Assembly: GCF_964213995.1 (NCBI RefSeq)
Contig: NC_135804.1
Location: forward strand, 68,014,001 to 68,078,000
Direction of reading: 5' to 3'
From: Mustelus asterias
Taxonomy: Eukaryota
Length of the DNA: 64,000 nt
Made by a program: the position numbers and the translations under genes. Each line of letters starts with the position of its first letter. Within the stretch, counting starts at the first letter, position 1. A model generated the notes under the pieces. The model was not told the DNA's origin, did not search any database, and worked only from the letters and a program-made list of their open reading frames with translations. Positions 48,463 through 62,164 of this stretch are shown piece by piece.

Positions 48463-50845
48463 GTATAAGGTGTTGGCATTTGTAGTATTGTGTCCAGTCT
48501 TGGTCTCCCAATTTCACGAAGGATATGATGGCATTGGAGGCAGTTCAGAGGAGTTTCACCAGATTGATTCCGCGGATGAAAGGTTCGACGTTTGACGAGA
48601 GGTTAAACAGCTTGGGAGATTAAACTCGCTGCAGTTTAGAAGGATGTGAGGGGAATTGATCGAGCTGCATAAATCTTTTTAAGGAATTGATCAAGTAAAT
48701 GTAAACCAAATGTTTTCCTCTTACGGGGCAATCTAGAACAGGAGGTCACCACTAAAGATTTAGAGGCCGTAGATTTAACACTGACATGAAGGGGAACTAC
48801 TTCTCACAGATGATGGTGAATTTCTGGAACTTCGCGGCCCCATAGCGCGATGGAGTCTGAATCATTGAATGGTTTCAACAAGGAGATGGATATATTACCA
48901 TTCGAAAATGGATCAGAAGATATGGGGAATAGGTGGGAATGTGGGTTTGAGACCATGGAGAGATCAGCCATTAACTGATTGAATGACGGAGCAGGATCGC
49001 AGGGTTGAATTTGCCTGCTTCTGCTCCTATCTCCTCTCTTCATATGTTAGGAAAATTATTTGATTTGGCACCGCGATCCTTATTGGTATGGGTGAACCAG
49101 AACGATATTACATATATCCACACTGAACAGTTAGAGGTAACCAACTTTGTGCTCTGGAAATTTGCAGGAGAGTGACAATACATAAATTCCTGTTTCAAAG
49201 GGAAGCAACGGACAAGTCACATGGAATTTAATCATTGGACTCAATGATTCTTCATTAACCAGTAAAGTATGTTATAACTGTACCCTTTGATTGACGATGA
49301 TCCTGCGGGTGGAACATACTCTACATATGAACGTCATCAAAAGCCCCCTTTTTAAAAAAATTCTGCTTTTTAACCTCGCTTTATTCTTTTTCTGCCCTGA
49401 AAAATGACAATTCTAAGTTGGAATTGCATTTTCACAAAACTAAATGGGTCCAGAAATCTACAATTTAAGTCAAATAATTGCTGTTTTGGAAGTCATGTTA
49501 ACATTGGTTATATTGCTTTGTGATCTTTCAAGGATGAGTTAGTCGGAAAATGACAATCGAAAACACATGGCTTCGAGTGACAATGGGGTGAAGAAAGGCT
49601 CGGAAACACAATACTTCTGCTCAGTGAGTAAAGTTTTTACAATCAGAAAGCATTTGCAACACTCAAACTCCGGATTGCATAATGAAAATAATCTCACGCT
49701 TATTATTTTTGCGGTGTTCGGATGTTTTGGAAAATTATTTCGATTACATCTCGATAATACATATAACAGTTCATGAATTTTTAAACATCGCAGTGATTAG
49801 GTTGAATGTGCGTTGTGTAATTTATGTTATTGGGTGATTATATGGATAATTTAGTTATTTTTCAAAACACAATTTAACGTAAATAGTTCAAACAGGGGGG
49901 TAATTGTTCCAAAATCAGACGAACAAAAGAAGTAATGAGAACGGGATGAACGTAAAAACGACGATTTTATGCAATGAAATTGTGCCATTAATTAGATCTG
50001 CGCGACTTGATGAATGCTGGCGACAACAATGGTCGAAATGGAAATAAATTCATAGCACGTATTTTACTGCTGTAAGTCACGGAACAAAAAAAGAAGTAGG
50101 TCAATGTTAACGTAGCCAAGTGCCTGACTCCTCGCAAGAAGTATGATAACTATGCCAGATTTTTTCCATTGTGCAGCAAAAAAAATCTATTTTTGTTTAT
50201 TGCTATCAGACGACCGAGCGACGAAATAAACCGCTTTCTTTGGTTATCAGATTGTGGGTGTTATTTCGCAATACTTAATTAGTGCTTACGAAATAGTCAA
50301 CATACTGGAAAGTTCATGGCTTCAGCCAACTGCCCACACAGGAACGTTTGTATTGACGAATATGAATTTGAAGAACTTGTTGCAACCAGTTAATAATCTT
50401 CGTGTGTTATTCTTGATATACCAGAAAGAGAAAGAGAGAGAAAGAGATTTGGAAAAAATATATACAATTAATGAGCTCAAAGTCTTGAAGCTGAATTTTA
50501 AATTTACACTCAATAAACGGTCCCAAACTACCTGGTTTGAACTACTTAACTGAAATTGTGTTTTAAAAAATAGCTAAAATATCCACACAATCACTCAATA
50601 AGATAATTTACACAACGCACATTCAACGTAACTACTGCTGCAACCGATGTTTAAAAATTCATGAACTCGAGCGCTTCCAGCTCTGACCACGTATTGGCTG
50701 AATTTTGTTAATGGCGGATAGACAAAAGAGAAAACAATCATTCAAATTATCACGTTATAACAGTGCAGAGAAACGATAAATCAGAATAGAAAAGTAACTA
50801 ATACTGCTGGCAAAGGAAACACAGTTCATCATATAGGCAAAGAGC

Positions 50846-51247
50846 GACACCCGGTGCGGAGAGGGGAGGGCCGGGATGGCGACCTCCTCGTGAACCTGCT
50901 CCTGGGCCTGGCGAAACGCGCCATTTACCGGTCCAGGCAGCGGGCGATCCAGGGGGCCGTCCATCCTGACTGTCTTCCCCTCTACCGCGGCTACGTTCGC
51001 GGCCGGGTGTCCCTGGAGAGGGAGCATGCGGTGTCCATGGGCGCGGTTGACGCCTTCCGCGCCCGCTGGGCACCGCAGGGGTTGGGGTGCGTTATTGACC
51101 CTAATAATCACATTTTAATTTGATGTTTTTAAGTTTCCTTTGTACTTTGATTTCTATTCGGGCTGTTCCCCCTCCTTTTTGGGGAGCTGCCCCTTTTATT
51201 TTGTCCTGACTTAATCTGAGTTTGTTTATTTGGTTTGACCTAAAAAG
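50846..51247 (+). mobile_element. Tx1/L1-clade LINE 3' fragment
   Basis: GC-rich ORF2 C-terminus LLVNLLLGLAKRAIYRSR...FRARW; T-rich 3'UTR, short A tail; 12-bp TSD taggcaaagagc 50834-50845 / 51248-51259. Confidence 0.8.
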
Positions 51248-51629
51248 TAGGCAAAGAGCTACAGCAGCTTCAGTTACACCAGTTATGTTACAGGACGAGA
51301 AATTCAGAGGTCCGTACTAATGATTCTGATACCTGTGATTAATCCTATGAATGTAACTCAGGGATTCAAATTTAATTAATAACATTTATCTAAATTGATG
51401 AAGCTCGTGTCAGAAGCCTGATCACCTGACTGTCATAAAAATGCATTGTTCACGAATTCCGTTAAATATGGGAATCTGCCATCCTTACCCACTGTACATC
51501 TGTGCGTTTTTGCAGACACACAGCTTGCTTTAGATATTAAACTGCCTTTTCAAATTACCGAGCAGACACCTCAATTTTAGTAAAGCAACAACATGTCATA
51601 ATTTCCTCTGTGACAATTGTGACAATTCT

Positions 51630-52665
51630 TTCTCAGAATGGCAACCGGTGACAAGTGGTGTCCCGCAGGGTTCAGTGTTGGGGCCACAGCTGTTCTCTTT
51701 ATATATTAACGATCTAGATGACGGGACTGGGGGCATTCTGGCCAAGTTTGCCGATGATACAAAGATAGGTGGAGGGGCAGGTAGTATTGAGGATGTGGGG
51801 AGGCTGCAGAAAGATTTAGACAGTTTAGGAGAGTGGTCCAAGAAGTGGCTGATGAAATTCAACGTGGGCAAGTGCGAGGTCTTGCACTTTGGAAAAAAGA
51901 ATAGAGGCATGGACTATTTTCTAAACGGTGACAAAATTCATAATGCTAAAGTGCAAAGGGACTTGGGAGTCCTAGTCCAGGATTCTCTAAAGGTAAACTT
52001 GCAGGTTGAGTCCGTAATTAAGAAAGCAAATGTAATGTTGTCATTTATCTCAAGAGGCTTGGAATACAAAAGTAGGGATGTACTTCTGAGGCTTTATAAA
52101 GCACTGGTTAGGCCCCATTTGGAGTACTGTGAGCAATTTTGGACCCCACACCTCAGGAAGGACATACTGGCACTGGAGCGGGTCCAGCGGAGATTCACAT
52201 GGATGATCCCAGGAATGGTAGGCCTGACATACGATGAACGTCTGAGGATCGTGGGATTATATTCATTGGAGTTTAGGAGGTTGAGGGGAGATCTAATAGA
52301 AACTTACAAGATAATGAACGGCTTAGATAGGATGGACGTAGGGAAGTTGTTTCCATTAGCAGGGGAGACTAGGACGCGGGGGCACAGCCTTAGAATAAAA
52401 GGGAGTCATTTTAGAACAGAGATGAGGAGAAATTTCTTCAGCCAGAGAGTGGTAGGTCTGTGGAATTCATTGCCACAGAGGGCTGTGGAGGCCGAGACGT
52501 TGAGCGTCTTCAAGACAGAAATTGATAAATTCTTGATTTCTCGAGGAATTAAGGGCTATGGGGAGAGAGCGGGTAAATGGAGTTGAAATCAACCATGATT
52601 GAATGGTGGAGTGGACTCGATGGGCCGAATGGCCTTACTTCCGCTCCTATGTCTTATGGTCTTAT
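51630..52665 (+). mobile_element. Young CR1 3' fragment
   Basis: Open 312-aa ORF with GVPQGSVLGP, FADD; tail tatgtcttatggtcttat. Confidence 0.94.
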
Positions 52666-52814
52666 ATGTATAACGAATGGTGGCCCAATCCTAACGTCCG
52701 AATTCACTCAAATGTCATGTGAGGAGACATGTCTGTTCACTTACTCTCTGTCTGTTCCTGATGCTTTATTTATAAATGCCATTGCATTTGACCCAATCGA
52801 TATTCTAACCGTAC

Positions 52815-53005
52815 ATAGACACTCCAAAGACATGCGAGTTGGGTTGATTGACCATGCAAAATTACCCCTTGTATCAGGGAGACTAGCAGGGTAAATGTGC
52901 ATGGTCACGGGTGTGTGGCCTGAATGGGACGGTTGTCAGTGCAGGGTCGATAGGCCGAATGACCTCCTTCTGCACTGTATATATTGTATGATTCTTTGAT
53001 TCTAT
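52815..53005 (+). mobile_element. HE1-type SINE 3' part
   Basis: ccaaagacatgcg...ggccgaatgacctccttctgcactg...gattctatga. Confidence 0.7.
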
Positions 53006-53679
53006 GAAACACCACTTAATGTCCTCAGGATGTAAAGGAACAAAGATTTTATGTCAACTGCCGCTTGCTTTCAAATTACACAGACAAAGATGCACAGTCC
53101 TTTCATTGCTCAAAGGAATCAAGTGTTGGGGACAGAAAACCACGAAGAGCGAACTGCAAGGTATGTTCACATCGCTTGCGTGGTAATTCAAATAGAGGTG
53201 TCCACATCATGCTGTTGGAAATGTTGTCAAATATATCTAGAAATACACCCTCTGTTTCATTTTGTATTCATATTACATAATGTGTGTGCTCCTCTGTCAA
53301 AATCAACGCCAGTTGTCCATCTTCATTGACCTTGGGAACGTTGTGGTGTGTACTCTCCTTGAACAGATACTGCCCCTGTTGCCTATGGACACCAAATCTG
53401 GTGTTGGTGTTTAGATCCAAGTTTGCTCCTTTCCACTTGTTTGCTCTCTTTGTCCTTCTAGGTCCCCATGGGCCCTGATATAGACGGTGTCATCGTTAGA
53501 GGTTTGGCGAGTTATTGACATGCATTATTTAGATTCTGCTGCGTCCGGGCATCACTTCAGGGCACGTTCGAAGTGATAGATGCCGACTTGATCAGCGACT
53601 ACTTTTGTCCTGCATGGCATTGAGCTTCTTGAGTCATGTTGGAGCTGATATCATTTAGGAAAGTGAATATTATTTCATC

Positions 53680-53708
53680 ACCCCCCCCCCCCCCCCCCCC
53701 CCCCCCCC
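53680..53708 (+). repeat. Poly-C homopolymer (about 29 nt)
   Basis: Seen directly. Confidence 0.9.
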
Positions 53709-54951
53709 GAAGTGAGCCAGTTGCTGGCTGGCGAACTGTTACTACTGCGCGACTCTTCGGGATGGACTTGACAGTTTCCTGAATATATTCTGTGTCCTTG
53801 CCACACTCGGTGCTTCCTCGAAGTGTTAGTCAACATGGGCGGCAGAGTATTCAACTAAGGGAGGGGGTGATAAGTTGTAACCAGTTTTATGTTTCTTTGC
53901 CAATGCTTGACTGATGCCAAAAGAGTTCCGAGTCGATGCTGAAAATTTCCATGGAAACCTCTTCCCGACAGACTATGACTTTTCTGCCAGCTCTCGTGTG
54001 TCTATGGATCAGTTCTATTATTGGGCAGCATGTAATGGACATTGGTCGAAATGGTGTCGGCAGAATTATTTGTAATGTATGTTTCTGTCAGTTTGCTGTT
54101 GGCTAATTGGTGGGATGATTCTCCTCACTTTGGCATAAGATGTTTTGCAAGGTCGACGGTTCTATGTTTGCGACTGTCTTTTCTGGTGCCCGTTGAGGAG
54201 ACGGGATTCATTTATTTCTTTGTAGCTTTTATACAGCAAAGTGACTTGTTAGGCCATTTCAAATGACATTTAAGGACCGCCCATGTTACTGTGGATCTGG
54301 AGTCACATATTGCCGAAGCAAGAACTAGTTTCATTTCCGAAATATCATTCGGGGCAATAGAGAAGCAGGTACTTTTTTTACGACAAGCGTTCCTGAGTCT
54401 AACTTTTTTAAATTCCGGTTTTATTGACTGCATTTAAATTCCACGAGCTGCTGATGCAATATTTGACTCGTGTCCGCAATGAAATAGCCTGGGCATCTGA
54501 CTTACCATGTGCACCCACAGCACTTTCCGGGAAATGAATCTCCAGCAGTGGTGCTCCCATGTACCTGGCGCTCTTGTCCTGATAGAAGATAGTGGTCTTG
54601 GGCTTGAACGGCGCAGCCTCGGGAGACTTGGTGAGGTACTGAAGTGCACCTTATAGATGTCACACACTGCTGCCACTATTCATTGCTTTTAGAGGGTTTA
54701 AATGTTTTATGAAGGGATAGCAATCAAACGGGCTGTTTTATCATGGGTGACGTAAAGCTTCTTGAGTGTTGTGGGATATGCAATCATCCAGACAAGCCCA
54801 GAGAGTTGCATTACACTCCTGACTTGCGGCTTCTTGCTGTTGGGAAGCGTTTGGGGAGTCTGAGTTAGTTACCAGAGTCTGCTGAGCCTTTGATTTGCTT
54901 AGGTAACGACGGTATTGAGATGGAGTGGAGTGGAGTTTGTACGTTTGTACG

Positions 54952-55226
54952 TTTGTGGAGTTTGCACATTCTCCTCGTGTCTGCGTGGGTTTCCTCCGGG
55001 TGCTCCGGTTTCCTCCCACAGTCCAATGATGTGCAGGTTAGGTTGATTGGCCAGGTTAAAAAAAAAAATTGCCCCTTAGAGTCCTGGGATGCGTAGGTTA
55101 GAGGGATTAGCGGGTAAAATATGTGGGGGTAGGGCCTGGGTGGAATTGTGGTCGGTGCAGACTCGATGGGCCGAATGGCCTCCTTCTGCACTGTTGGGTT
55201 CCTATGATTTCTATGATTTCTATGAT
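54952..55226 (+). mobile_element. HE1/V-SINE, 5'-truncated, young
   Basis: Near-consensus V-domain; (ctatgattt)n tail. Confidence 0.88.
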
Positions 55227-56969
55227 GGCTGCTCCAATTTAGTCTCTGGTCAATGGTGAGCCTCATGATGCTTATAGAGTGAAATTCTGTTCTCTTAATG
55301 CCAGTATGTTTTAGATATACTGTTGTTGCTCATGGTCATTGACAGGAAATTGTGTGGTGCGAATGCAAATTGTCACTTGTCAGTCCAAGCCTGGATACTG
55401 TGCAGATGTTGCTGTCTTTGCACATGGGCTGCTTCAGTAGCTTATTAGTCAGGAATAGTACTGAACACTGTGCAGTCATTAGCGACATCCACACTTCTGG
55501 CCTTTTATTGGAAGGAACGTCATTGATGAAACAGTTGAAGATGGTTGGGCCAAGAGCATAGTCTTGCAGTGATATCCTGGAGCTAAGGTGATTGACTTCC
55601 AACCAGCACAACCATCCTCCGCTGCGCCGGTTATGACTCCAATAAACGGAGGCTTTTCCCCCTGATTCCCATTTACTCCAGTTTTCCTAGGAATCTTGAT
55701 GTCATACCTGGTCTAATGGTGCCTTAATGTTGAGGGCCGTAACTCTCACCTTACCTCCGTCGTCTAGTATTTCAACGTTGCAGATTATTGAATTAATTCC
55801 TCGGTTATTATTTGGATCTCCATGCCACATGCGGTTTCAGCTTTTTGGCATGAATGTTGTTATGTATTGAATCTTCACCAGTGTAACCCTTCATTTTTAT
55901 GCACGTCTTATTTCATACAACAACATGTGAGAAGGAAATTGGAGCAAGAGTGAGCCATTCTACTCCTCGAGCATGTGCCACTCAACAGCTATATCTTGGC
56001 TGACCTTCTACCTCAATCTGATTTCCCAGTACAATCCCAATTTCCGGAGATGCCCTTGGAGTCTAAAGAAATGTCTCACTCAGCCTTCAACGTCCTCAAT
56101 GACTGAGTCATCAGAGTCTTCTCGTGTAAAGATTCAACGCACTTTAAATGGAGAAATACCTTGCAACTTCATTCAGAAATGGTACACGCATTATTCTGTG
56201 ACTCTGTCCCTTTTTGTTCTAGATTCCCGAGTCAGGAGAACAGCATTAGACGTCTATACTTTTGAGTCCTGTAAGTGTTTTGTATATTTGAGTGCAACAG
56301 AATCTCATTCTTCTCAGCACTGGAAATATAATGTTTTGACCTCAATCTCTTCCTACAGCAAAATCCTCAGTACGCTTTTCTGCACTGGCTGTATAACATG
56401 CATTCCCATCACTCGGCAAAAGGATTAAAACTGGACACAATATTGAAGGTGCATCTCACCATAGCTCTATAATTGCAGCAAGTATTTTCTCCAATAGTGA
56501 CCGGCTCTCGCAGTAAATGTAAACATGTTATTTGCCGTCCCACATACTTGCAGCACTTGCGTCTTAGCTTTCACGGTCTCATGAACAACGCAACCAAAGT
56601 CCATTTATAAATCAACACTTTTCATTCAGTCTTCATTCATGAAAGGTTTTACATTACCGTTTCTGCTACATAAGTATATAAATTCAAATGTTCCCATAAT
56701 ATTTTCCAACTTCCGTGTTCCTGCCTACGCAATCGAACTCTCTCAGTCCTCTTGAAGCTTCTCTGCTTGCTGCTCGCAACTTACATTTCCATCTAGCATT
56801 GTGCCATCTGCAATCATGGAATTCTTTTTACAATTGATCCCCTCATCAAACCCGTTTATATCATTGCGAATATCTGTTGTCCAAACACTAATCGTTCCTG
56901 TTCGCCACTGTTCACAACTACCCAAATCTGAACGGCCTGTTAATTTCCCGTCCCTGCTTTCTGTTTGTT

Positions 56970-57420
56970 CACGACACACGACAGCGCAGAGTCGCTGAGC
57001 AGAGAGTGACAGCCAAGTTCCGCACACATGAAGACGGCCTCAACCGGGATCTTGGGTTCTTGTCACACTATTTGTAATCCCATGACTTGCCTGGGCTTGC
57101 AAAATCTCACTAACTGTCCTGTCTGGAGACAATACACATCTCTTTAACCTGTGCTTAACGCTCTCTCCACTCACATTGTCTGCACCTTTGAGACTTGATT
57201 ACTTGTAAAAACTCACATTCCAACCATTATTTTGTAAATTGAGTTTGTGTCTTTATATGCCCTGTTTGTGAATAGAACTCCCACTCACCTGACGAAGGAG
57301 CAGCAAGCGCTCCGAAAGCTAGTGGTTTTTGCGACCAAATAAACCTGTTGGACTTTAACCTGATGTTGTGAGACTTCTTACTGTGTTTACCCCAGTCCAA
57401 CGCCGGCGTTTCCACATCAT
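56970..57420 (+). mobile_element. Penelope-like element 3' fragment, single arm
   Basis: EN C-terminus, HHR, complete tail ...tccacatcat; TSD ttctgtttgtt 56959-56969 / 57420-57430. Confidence 0.9.
57286..57324 (+). ncRNA. Minimal type-I hammerhead ribozyme
   Basis: CAC-CUGACGA-A-GGAGC-AGCAAGC-GCUCC-GAAA-GC-UA-GUG. Confidence 0.82.
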
Positions 57421-58689
57421 TCTGTTTGTTTATCAGCTCTCAATACATGTGAGTATATTAAAACCTTTCCCGTGCTCGGGTTTTATTTACAACTCTTCTA
57501 AAGCTCTTCGAGTTCGGTTATCGGTTCCAGCGGATATATCAACTTTCAAAAAAATCTGCTTTCCCCAGCTGTCTTTTAATTTTACTGATTAATTCCAGCT
57601 CTTATTGTTTATTAATCCCATTTCTTCCAGTATCTTTGAATCGATTTTCCTCCTTGATGACAAATGCAAGATTTATTTTGATCATTTTCTGTGCACTTTC
57701 TTCTTTCCGGTTTAAACCTTCCTGTTCCTGCCTGTAATTGACTCACATTTGCCAATACCTCCCTTCTTCGGAAATAATATATGCTTTTATAGTCAGTTAC
57801 TATTTTCTTACCAGGTTGGCCACAGATTCCATCTTGAATTTCTTTTTTGCGTTTCTTGGTCTTGGCCATCCATTGCTGAATTCTAAAACAAAATGCGTTG
57901 AATCCTCAGATCTGCTGCTCCTTTGAACATTTTATAAGCCTCTTCTTTTGACGTTATACAACATTTAATTGTTCTTCGTAGCCAGGACTGCGTCACTTTT
58001 CTTTGTAATACTCTTACACTTCCTAACGCTTCATTGACAACAAATTTATTATCAACACTGGTCTTATGTTTGGTGCCTCAGCATACTTTTCTAGGAAACA
58101 GTGTTGTACACATTCCAGGAATATGCCCACTAAAACAATAGTGCTAATTGTATTGATCCAATCCGCATGTGGGTTGAATTCCCCGATGCTTTCTGAATTA
58201 CCCTAGTTACATGCCTGTCTTATTCCCTGATTTTTACCATGACCCTCATTTTTACAGTTGTATGGCGTATACATAAGTCACACCAACCTTTGCTCCCAAA
58301 CTGTTTTTAGCCTTTCTTCAGGCAAATTCATTTGACTATTTCACCTTTACAGAGAAGACCATTTCTCGCTAAATTACTGAACGCAATCTTTTTAAACATT
58401 GCTATTTCATTCCGTTTTCTTTTTCCTGTCCATCCTAAATGTTGAATTACCTCTGATATGCAGTTCTCAGCATTTTGCAGGCTGCATCCGCATCTGCGCA
58501 ATGGCAATAAGATCATACACATTTTCTTCTATTCTTCCATGAGTTGATCCACATTTTTGCAAATGCATAACATTTTAGCATTTCTTTTACCATACTTTGG
58601 ATTTATTTGTTACCATTGCTTGGACGGAGTAACAGGATATTATCTGAAAAATGTTAGACCGTGAAGTTGTGATGTAGAAAGGCTATCCT

Positions 58690-59365
58690 TGTGTACCATT
58701 CATTGTAAGCAGGTATGTAGATACAGCAAGTTGTTAGCAAGGCAAATGGCGTGTTGACCTACGTTGAGGAGTATTTGAGTATGGGGGCAAGGATTTCTCA
58801 CTGAGGCTGCGCAAATCTTGATGAGGTCACAACTGGAGCACTGTGTGTAGTTTTAGATTCCTGACCTAATAAAGTATATACTTGCCATACTTGCACAATG
58901 AAGGTTCACCACACAGATTCCTGGAATGACAAGTTTTCGTGTGAGGAGGGGTCAACTGTGTTCACTGGACTGGAGGGGAATGAGTGATTATCTCATTCAT
59001 TATTTTTAAGTATTGGCAGGACTGCACAGAAATGGTTCAAAAATAATCTTTCTCCTCCCTGTGAGGCGTGGAACAAATTTAGGATATGGGGTAGGACATT
59101 TAGGATTGAGATGAGGAGAAATTTGTTCACTCAGATCGTGCTGAACCCGTATTATTGTATAACACAGAAAACTGTGAATACCGAATTACTGAATACATTA
59201 CATAAGTAAATGGATGCATTTATACCCACGAAAGGGTCAATGGATATGCGGTGAGGGCAGGAGTATGACGTTGAGATAAAGGATCAGCCATGATTATGTG
59301 GAATAGCAAAAAAGGCTCGACGGTCTTAATGGCTTACTCCTGGGCCTATTTATATGGCTTCTATG
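58690..59365 (+). mobile_element. Decayed CR1 3' fragment
   Basis: caactggagcactgtgtg, gagatgaggagaaatttgttcactcag. Confidence 0.7.
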
Positions 59366-59571
59366 ACTTCAGCTTTTGGTCAGTTGCCTCGAATATTGCA
59401 CAACTGGACGTAAAAAGCTCTGCATCGTTTAAAACAGTTGAGGGTTTTGAGCGTTACTCCCCTTTCAGGCCGCAGGTTCTTTTGGCGATTGCCTCTTATG
59501 GCGATTGCCTCATCTCCCCACTAGTCTTTCTACCGATCACTTCACTGTTCTAGTTCCAAGCCATAGTATTG

Positions 59572-59884
59572 TCATAGAAATCATAGAAATCATAGAAACC
59601 CTACACTGCAGAAGGAGGCCATTCGGCCCATCGAGTCTGCACCGACCACAATCCCACCCAGGCCCTACCCCCACATATTTACCCGCTAATCCCTCTAACC
59701 TACACATCCCAGGACTCTAAGGGGCAATTTTTAACCTGGCCAATCAACCTAACCCGCCCATCTTTGGACTGTCGACTAAAGTAAATAATCCCTCTAACCT
59801 ACACATCCCAGGACTCTAAGGAGCAATTTTTTACCTGGCCAATCAAGCTAACCCGCACATCTTTGGACTGTCGACTAAAGTAAA
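59572..59884 (-). mobile_element. HE1-type SINE 3' half with 99-bp tandem duplication
   Basis: (catagaaat)n tail; units 59687-59785 and 59786-59884. Confidence 0.85.
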
Positions 59885-59889
59885 TAGGC

Positions 59890-61302
59890 CATTCACATCT
59901 ACTTGAATAGGACACCACAACATGTGATACATCTCAACCTTTACCTTCTCCTTCCTCCGAGCTAAGGTCCCGATTCGCTTCAAGAAGTCGACAATCATCC
60001 CTGTACCGAAGAAAAGCTAGGTGGCGTGCATTAATGACTAGCACGGAGTAGCTTTGACATCCGTACTTTTGAGGTCCTTGGGAAGGTTCGTCGTGGTATG
60101 TATGAACTCCGGTCTCCCAGATTGCCTGGAGCTACTGCCACAATAGGGTTATTGCAAATGCAATTTACGCTCAATCCTGGAACACCTGGATAAGAAGGCT
60201 CGTACATATTTACTGTCGCTCAACCTTCAACACGATTATCCCAACAAACCTCATTTCCAAACGCCGTGGCCTAGATATTGGCTCCTCCTTCTGAGACTGG
60301 ATTCTAGACTTCCTTACCCAACAGACCACACTCAGTGAGGATGGGTAGCAACGCCTCCTCCACGATTATCATCAACATGAGTGCCCCTCACAAAGTTCTC
60401 TCCTCTGCTCCTTGCTATATTCATTATACACTTAATACAGCGTGAACAAACCCTGCTCCAGCTCCATTTTCAAATGTGTCGATGGCATCAACGTAGTTTT
60501 AAACAATTATGTCACGGAGTACAGGAAAGAGATTGAGAAAACGATGAAATGGTGTGATGAAAAAATCTCTCCCTCAATGTCAATAATACAAATGAGATAG
60601 TCATGAACTTTAGGAAAGGTGGTGGAAGACATGCCCCTTGCTACATCGATGGTGACGAAATGGAAATGGTCGGCAGCTTGAAGGTTTATAGTGCTCAGAT
60701 TACCAGCAATCTCTCCTTGTCCTTTCACGCAGATGCTATAGTTAAGGAAACCACCAATGCCTCTCCCTTCTCAGAAGGATAAGGAAATTCCGCATTTCCC
60801 GTAGGACTCTCACCAGTTTACACAGATGCACCATAGAAAGCAACCATTCCAGATGCATCGTTGCTTGGAATGGCTCCTGCTCTGTCCAAGTCCGCAAGAA
60901 ACTACAAAGGATTGTGAGCATAACCAAATCTAATATGCAAAGCAGCCTCACATCCATTGACTCAGTCTACAATTTCCGCTGCCTCGGAAAAGCAGCCAGC
61001 ATAATCACAGATGCCACTCACACCAAACATATTCTTTTCCACCTTCTGCCGTCAGGAAAAAGGCACAAAAGTCTGAAAACACTTACAAACCGAACCAAGA
61101 ACAGCTTCTTCCCTGCTGCCGTCTGATTTTTGAATGGATGTATATATTTAGCTGATCTGTTCAATCACCCTAAATGTAACGACAACAAATATTCTTTCCT
61201 TCTCCTGTAATTCGTGAACGATACTCATCTATATAGCATGCAAGAACCAATACTTTTCACTGTGTCCCAATACATGCGATAACATTAAATCAAATCAAAA
61301 CC
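59890..61302 (+). mobile_element. Decayed Rex1/Babar LINE
   Basis: STIIPVPKK..CIND..VALTS, WILDFL..RPHSVR, LLPSGKR..RTKNSFFP; (aaatc)n tail. Confidence 0.8.
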
Positions 61303-62164
61303 AAATGTCTCCTCAGATTCATTGGTTCAAAGGAGGAGAAGCCCAGTCCACCATTTTTTTCCCTCATAGTTGCAAATATCATCTGCTGGCAACACCCTCA
61401 ATTACTGTGGAATTATTTCTGTAATCTGGTGGACAGAAGAAATATGTTCTTCAAGTTATAACTGAACTCTCTACTCTAGTGAATAAAGTCGACTCATCAT
61501 CTCTTCCAGCATTATCTCCCTGCTCTAATATTATAAATGGACTGTTTCCATTTGTATTCCTAAACACGTTACTAACCCATCCTGTTCCCTTTTGGGATCT
61601 GTGGGTAGGCACTCGAACGTCCCTCACTCCTTTTACACTTCCCATAAAACTCACAACTGTGCATACTTTGTCTAGCTTGACATTGCCAAATGCATCTGCT
61701 CAAACGTCAGAAATTCGAATTCAATTTGCCCTTTTTCTGCCTACCTGGATATTCAATTAATATCTTCCACATTTCTGCCAAGTTACTGCGAGTATATTCT
61801 TTTCCATTCTTACCTGAACCAGAGTTCATTCCATGGTTTGATGGTAATGTGAATATGAGTTATTTGTTAGACATTATTTTATCGAATGCAGTTCTCTTGT
61901 TCTAATGATCCACAGCACGACTTGGATATTCAGTTCTGAGCTGCAATGTCTGTTCTGCATCTATGCCATTTACAACCGAGACCACAAAATGCAGGGCAAA
62001 TGTCCAAAACAATGGCAGTGATATTCTGAAAATGCAAAACGATGCATATTTTCTAGCAGCTGCATGTTATTTAAAATTTGTTAATCATTTTGCCAATTTA
62101 CATGTAAGCATCCAAATCTTCTGAAACATTTCAGTAAAAAGAGACATGAGGGCAAATAATATAA

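Larger units (their letters stand above)
53330..55750 (-). mobile_element. Old CR1/L2-group LINE remnants
   Basis: LGPTIFNCFIND, IDQRLNWSSH remnants. Confidence 0.65.
55920..58600 (-). mobile_element. Decayed CR1 LINE interrupted by a PLE
   Basis: INGFDEGIN..IADGT remnant; CR1-like 3'UTR near 55930. Confidence 0.6.

Noticed and set aside
49600-49630. ETQYF peptide resembling a TCR J-beta segment
   Set aside because: No FGxG, no upstream RSS; reads FCS then a donor
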